Assembly (NCBI GenBank): GCA_964430295.1
Contig: CAYSEV010000001.1
Coordinates: forward strand, 5,699-69,698
DNA length: 64,000 nt
Origin: an uncultured Gammaproteobacteria bacterium
GTDB taxonomy: Bacteria; Patescibacteriota; Microgenomatia; UBA10105; UBA927
Reading direction: 5' to 3'
Shown here: positions 38,501-44,500 of the stretch, piece by piece
How the letters are laid out: each line of letters starts with the position of its first letter
Numbering within the stretch: the first letter of the stretch is position 1
Notes under the pieces: model-generated
What the model saw: the letters and a program-made list of their open reading frames with translations, nothing else
Told to the model about the DNA's origin: nothing
Database searches by the model: none
Made by a program: the position numbers and the translations under genes

Positions 38501-41500
38501 ACATTCATTCAATCAATTAAAGGATCAGATTTTTCCTTCGTAAGACAACTGGAATCCGTCGTAAAGCGTCTGGTTAGTAAGATAACATGTGGTCAGGCAG
38601 GAAGGTTGATAGGTATTATCTATGCAACAGATGCATCCGCTGCCGCTTGTGAGCCATCTTTAGTTTCACAGACAGCTTCATTTGCCCCCTGGACAGTAAT
38701 TTCTCATGTCGTGAAGGTTGGGGCGGCGCTTATTGCAAAACCATTAACATCTCAAGGATTACGTCAGGCTTATAGGGCTATAATGCCTGTTTCTCCCGCA
38801 TTGTCTAAACCTGTGTATACAATTATCAATAAGGTAGAAGATGAAAAATATTATGTGTATGAGATTAAGCTACAGAATTCTTCACATACATTTAATGTTA
38901 GGATTTCTAAATTCCTTTCATTTGACCGAAATACAACACAGTCTACAGGGAATATATTTTTAGACTGGCATACGGCATATATTGAATCAGTTGTTGAGGG
39001 ATATGATCGTGCTCTGACTATAAATCCAAATATATTTGATACGCAGTATCCGCTGGATACAGTAGATTTTGACATACGCGCGATAAATGTGGATGTGTTA
39101 TACGAAAGCAATTTCTCCAATAGAATTTTTGATGGTATAGATGTGCCTGAAAATACAATAGTGCTTCCTGGTAGTGTCGTCCAGAAATTTGGGCAGGATC
39201 CGACTGTTGTGACGCGTACAATCACAGGAAAGTTGCTGTTAAATGCAGCATATTTCGGGTACTCTCACGATGAAGCTCTATGGCTGCGAATAATTTCTAA
39301 AGATCCATCCGCATTACAGGCATACCATGCACAGACGGATGCACAAGGTGTTACGACACATCTTGATGAATACCACAAAATTAAAGATGCACTTATACGT
39401 GCATTGCCATCACAACTAGTTGTTGAGGCAATGAAAATGAATGCAGATGAACTTATTCAGTTTTTCGCACAATTAAATGATGAAGAGTGGATGAATGTAT
39501 TGAAAACATACTTCGAACAAAGGGGGTTATCTCATGATGATCAGCAAAAGGCTGTTCTTTCATCCTTAGCTGCTAATGAAAAGTTCGTATATTATGCATC
39601 GTTCATTAAAGATGTGTTTAAGCATCAGTTCTCAGGAGATTTTATCGCGAGAGCAAGGTCCGAGGCGAATAGTCAACCTGCATTTCAGAGACGAATGCTG
39701 CGAATATTTAATTCGATACAGTTTGAAATGGATCAGACATATATCATTTCATTCTGGAAATATCCAAGGCGCATGTTTACTTTGTTGAGGGATATTTTCT
39801 ATTTTGAGCGCAATTTCATACCCGGTGACGAATTAGATACCCATGATGTTTCATCGTATGAACGCCTTATGAATTTACATTGGATCTCATTGGCACTGGA
39901 AACAAAGTCATTCACACCCGAATTGAGAAATTTAACTATTCAAATGTTCTTCAGTGTCATGCAGAAGGTTCTTGAGGGCAAACGAAATGCTGACAATGGT
40001 CCTATATCCGAGTATACGGATGAAACACACAGATATGTTGTGGAAACTAATATTGTAGCATTTGAAAAAATGTATGAATCTCTTTACCCAAGGGGCGTAT
40101 CCCGAAAAGAGTTAGATGCTTTGGCTAATGCTGTACGAAACATCGTTTTGAAAAAAGGAATATATAGTATTTTTGGAAGTTCCAGTGCATATGAAAGTAG
40201 AGCAGAAGAATGGTATTTACGATGGATCGACACTATTCCGGGTTTGCGGGGCAAATATAAGATAACAAAGTCAGAGGAAGTACTATTATCACGTGCGGTG
40301 CTTTTGATGCAGCATATTCCTGATTTCACAACATTGTCCGCACATGATCGCGAAGTTATTGGAGCGTCGCTGCTGAGGTATTTAGGAATTCCGGATGCGA
40401 GGGCAAAATATTTGTCTTCATTGTTTGTTCTAACGAGAAAAGACACATCAGTGGAGACCGTATTAAATGACTATGCTAACGCTCAGTATGATGGGCTTAT
40501 TAAGAAATATTCAGCAAGATACACTCCGCAGCAGATGCAAAAGAATATTGCATTAGCGAAGCAGGCTGCGGAAGCAAAAATAAAAAATAGGAATGCTAAA
40601 GTAGCGGATCTTTTGAATCTGCCGGACACGGATGAAAATAGAATTCAGGTATTTTTAGATGGCTATGATGTAAATCCTGAAAATGTGCTCTTTTATGACT
40701 CGGAAGTTTATGTTGATACATCGTATAAAAAACAATGGGAAGCTCTCTACCTTACAAGACTATTCTATATTCAGGATGAAGCCTACATGTCTGAAAAGTC
40801 AGGTATTCCAGCTGCTGATCTTCGGCGAGCCTCAGATGAAACACTTCGAATTTTCCGTTCAGAATATGAAGAAGTGTTTAAACGTGCGTATCCGAATGCA
40901 GAGATAATTCCTTCTGTTTTTGAGTCTGCGAACGCACTGTTTAAAACGATAAATATGATTGGTAATCCACTTGTTGTGATTCCTCCAACGAGTGTCATGG
41001 GTCCATCTACATTCGAGGAAATTTCAGTAAACGCGGGATCGGCAAATATTATCGGAAGATCTCATATGATAAATGCCGCTGTTTATTTTAGCTATGGAAA
41101 TTCTGTTTATCCGCTAATAGATTCCTCAGTGCATGAATTATGGCATTTAGCCCGCAGAGTAAACGATCGCGGTACTATGAATAGCATGTATCGGTATCTG
41201 CCGCAGTCTATGTGGCACCAGCTTGAGGAAGGAACTGTAACAAATCTGGAGAGGAAGGCAATGACTATTGCGTATCCGGGAGTTCCAATCATATCAATGG
41301 CAGATTATGCTATGGCTGAACAGTCATACCTGAGCATGCTTCAATCACTCCGACAGGTTCTTCCGACAATGAGTGATACAGAGTTTGATCGTCTAAAAGC
41401 AAAAATGGAGATTGGGGATTACTACGAAGTTGTTACGATGCTTGGCGGCTGGGATGCATTTAATACATTTTTGGAGGCAAATAAGATTGGTAATTTGCCA

Positions 41501-44500
41501 TATTTCGAATACACATTCGGCAGAAATAAATTGACTGATGCAACCGGTATGCAAACAGTTCAGATGGCGCAACGAACATCTTCAAATATTTCAGCATCTA
41601 ACGATACAAATCATTCTGACATGGCAGGAGTTCCAACTCTCACACAAACCGCTGAGTTTGTCGAAGTAAAACAAGCACTTCAGGGAGCACAGCGACAACT
41701 GGAAGGATATCAGGAAAACCTGATGGAAATGGAACGCTCGCTCAACTTTGTAAAGATTGGACGATTTATTGCCTCTGTAATCGGTATTGGAGGGGTACTA
41801 GTTCTTTTAACAGCTTCTGTAATACTAGCCACAACATATCTCATTCCGGGGATAATAATGGCAGCTGTCACTGCTGTCCCGGTGGCAATTTCATTACCGT
41901 TTATTATAGGAGCGTTTAACACATCTATTGTATATCCGCTGGAAGAAAATATAACCGATGTAAAGGTAGAAGTAATCGATCAGCAACAAGTCATCAAAAC
42001 ATTACAGGAAAATCCTCTATTCACAGAGCCTGCACTTCAGGATCTCAAAAAAGAAATGATACAACAGGAAACGGCTCATATGGAAGCGACACATGATGTA
42101 CTTATCGAAACACAAGACACACTTGACTTCTGGAAGCGGGTAAGAACTGTAATTATGGCTATTTTAGCTACAGGAGCGATCTTCGTTGGGGTCATATTAT
42201 TCTTCTTAACGGGGATGCCTGCCGCACTTGCTGCACTATTCATGACGCTGCCTGTCGTAACAATAATGGGTGGAATATTTATGGGTATGCAAATTATACC
42301 GATTGCACCGTTGGCAAATGATGTACGTGATTTACAGAAAACCTATGAATTACAGAAGAATTACATTCAAAAATTACAGGGAAAAACGTCTGAGACTGCC
42401 CCCAAATTAAAAGTCGCCAATGACCCATGTACAGGTGAAGGAGCGTTCCGACTCTTTGGTCGGGTGTTTGCGGCTGGGCCATGTCCGATTATCCCACTAG
42501 GCGCTACGGTTCCTGTTGTGACAACTGGTGGTAAAACAACAGATATAGCTCTCCCAGCTGGTAAATACGTGATTGCACAGACAGAGGAAGAAGCAGCGCA
42601 ATCAACAGCAGAGAAAGCAGAACCAATTATAGGAACCATACACGGCATGCAAACTGGGAATGAATTCATACGTATATTCCCGACTGTTCCATCAACCACA
42701 TATCCTGAACCCTTCATCATCAATTATGCTGGATATGTCAAAGCGCATCCGGTAGAAGAAAATATTCAAGCTACAAAAGAACAAGGAACGCAGATGTTGA
42801 AGTCTGGCCTATCTTATCCATCTTGGAGATTAGATAGCAAATCAGAGAAACGAGTAAAACTGGCAACAGACACACTTCCAAAGGGACAATACTGGTGGTG
42901 GAGGAAAATTGATCCAGTTACATTACAACCAATTGGCGACCGAATACTCATCAAAAACAATCAAGGAGAGATGCCAACCATAAAGCCTGGAGAGACGATA
43001 GCGGTAGGCACATTCAACGCAGACAAGTCTGGTAATCCAACCACATTTATGGCTGCTACCTATGTGTTTGATGGTGATGTGATCCTAGGGATAAAAACAG
43101 GATCCGACGCAATAGGGCCATCATCTACCACAACAAATAATTCACAATCAACACGACAATCTTCAAAACCAAGCACATTTCCAAAAATCTATGCATCGAT
43201 TATTGCATTTATATTTGATCCATTCGGCCGATTGGCCGAAATTCTATCAACGAATGGAAATATAGTGACAGCAGAAGAGTTACGACAATCCGTTTCTTTA
43301 CGGAAGTCAAATACTGATGCCGATGGTAATTTTACGCTTGACTATTTGATTTCGCTTGTTGGAGAAAGCCGTTCAGTACTGAGAAAACTGGTTCAATATA
43401 TGATGAATTTAGATTTTGCATATGAAGATATACGGGATATTGTAGAGGAAATTGTTTCCGGCCAATTTGGAAGTAGAACCGATAAACTTGTAAATTCAAG
43501 ACGCGTAAATATAGCAATCGTCAGCGCTATTATGTACGACAATTCCATATACGGTTCAAAAGTTCCCATGCCGTATACCATGAAAGAAGCGCTAAAAGCA
43601 GCCAATCTATATCTAGAACAGGGAGATGATTCTATTGTAACCAGACTGATTTCAGTAGGTATATTAGAAAACAGAGCACAGCAGATAAAACAAATGCTAG
43701 ATTCCGTTAATAGTGCAGGCTGGGATCAGCAAATATCGAGAATTGGTATAGTTCCAGTTCTCCTTACGCAAGCAGAATTAGTCGCGTATGACATCACAGA
43801 GCGTGCAGCAGGGCAGTTATATGAGGAAGCTCGGCGATGTTCCGGTCTATCGTTACTCCCGACTGTGTATGCTGATGCTGGTACAAATACTTCCTGTTCT
43901 GCTATGGGGAGAATTGTCTCTACAATGCCTCAAATAATCCCAATCATTGAAAGTAGCTGGGAAACATTACCTGGGAGATTTAGAAGAATCTGGTTGAACT
44001 TGTGGAATTTTCCAACTAGTTCTCTCACCATCAATACATCACCGGGAAACGATGATACGGTCTCGATAAGTCAAGAACAAATCTATGCGGCAACGCTGGA
44101 TTATATGGGTCAATTATTCGCACAGAACACCAATGGTAATACTGAAGAAATACTCTCACAAGTAACTACGTATGCAAGGAATCAAGGTTTGAATCAAATC
44201 CAGATTGATAAACTATCGTTAGCAATGGAAGTGATGGGGAAGAATCGTATCAGATCAGAAGAATTGCTTGCTCAATATAAAGATCCAAAAGATTTGTTTT
44301 ATGCAATGTTTGGATTACGACCATGGTTTCCTATTACAGCAGAGAGGGTTGGGGTAAATATTGCCTTTAGATTATATGATATAGATAATGCACGCTTGGT
44401 GGAAAAATTTATCCCACCGATAAAAGATAAAAATCCTCTAAAGAATTCAATTAATTATATATATTGGTTAATCAATAGGCCATTTAGATTCGCATATGGA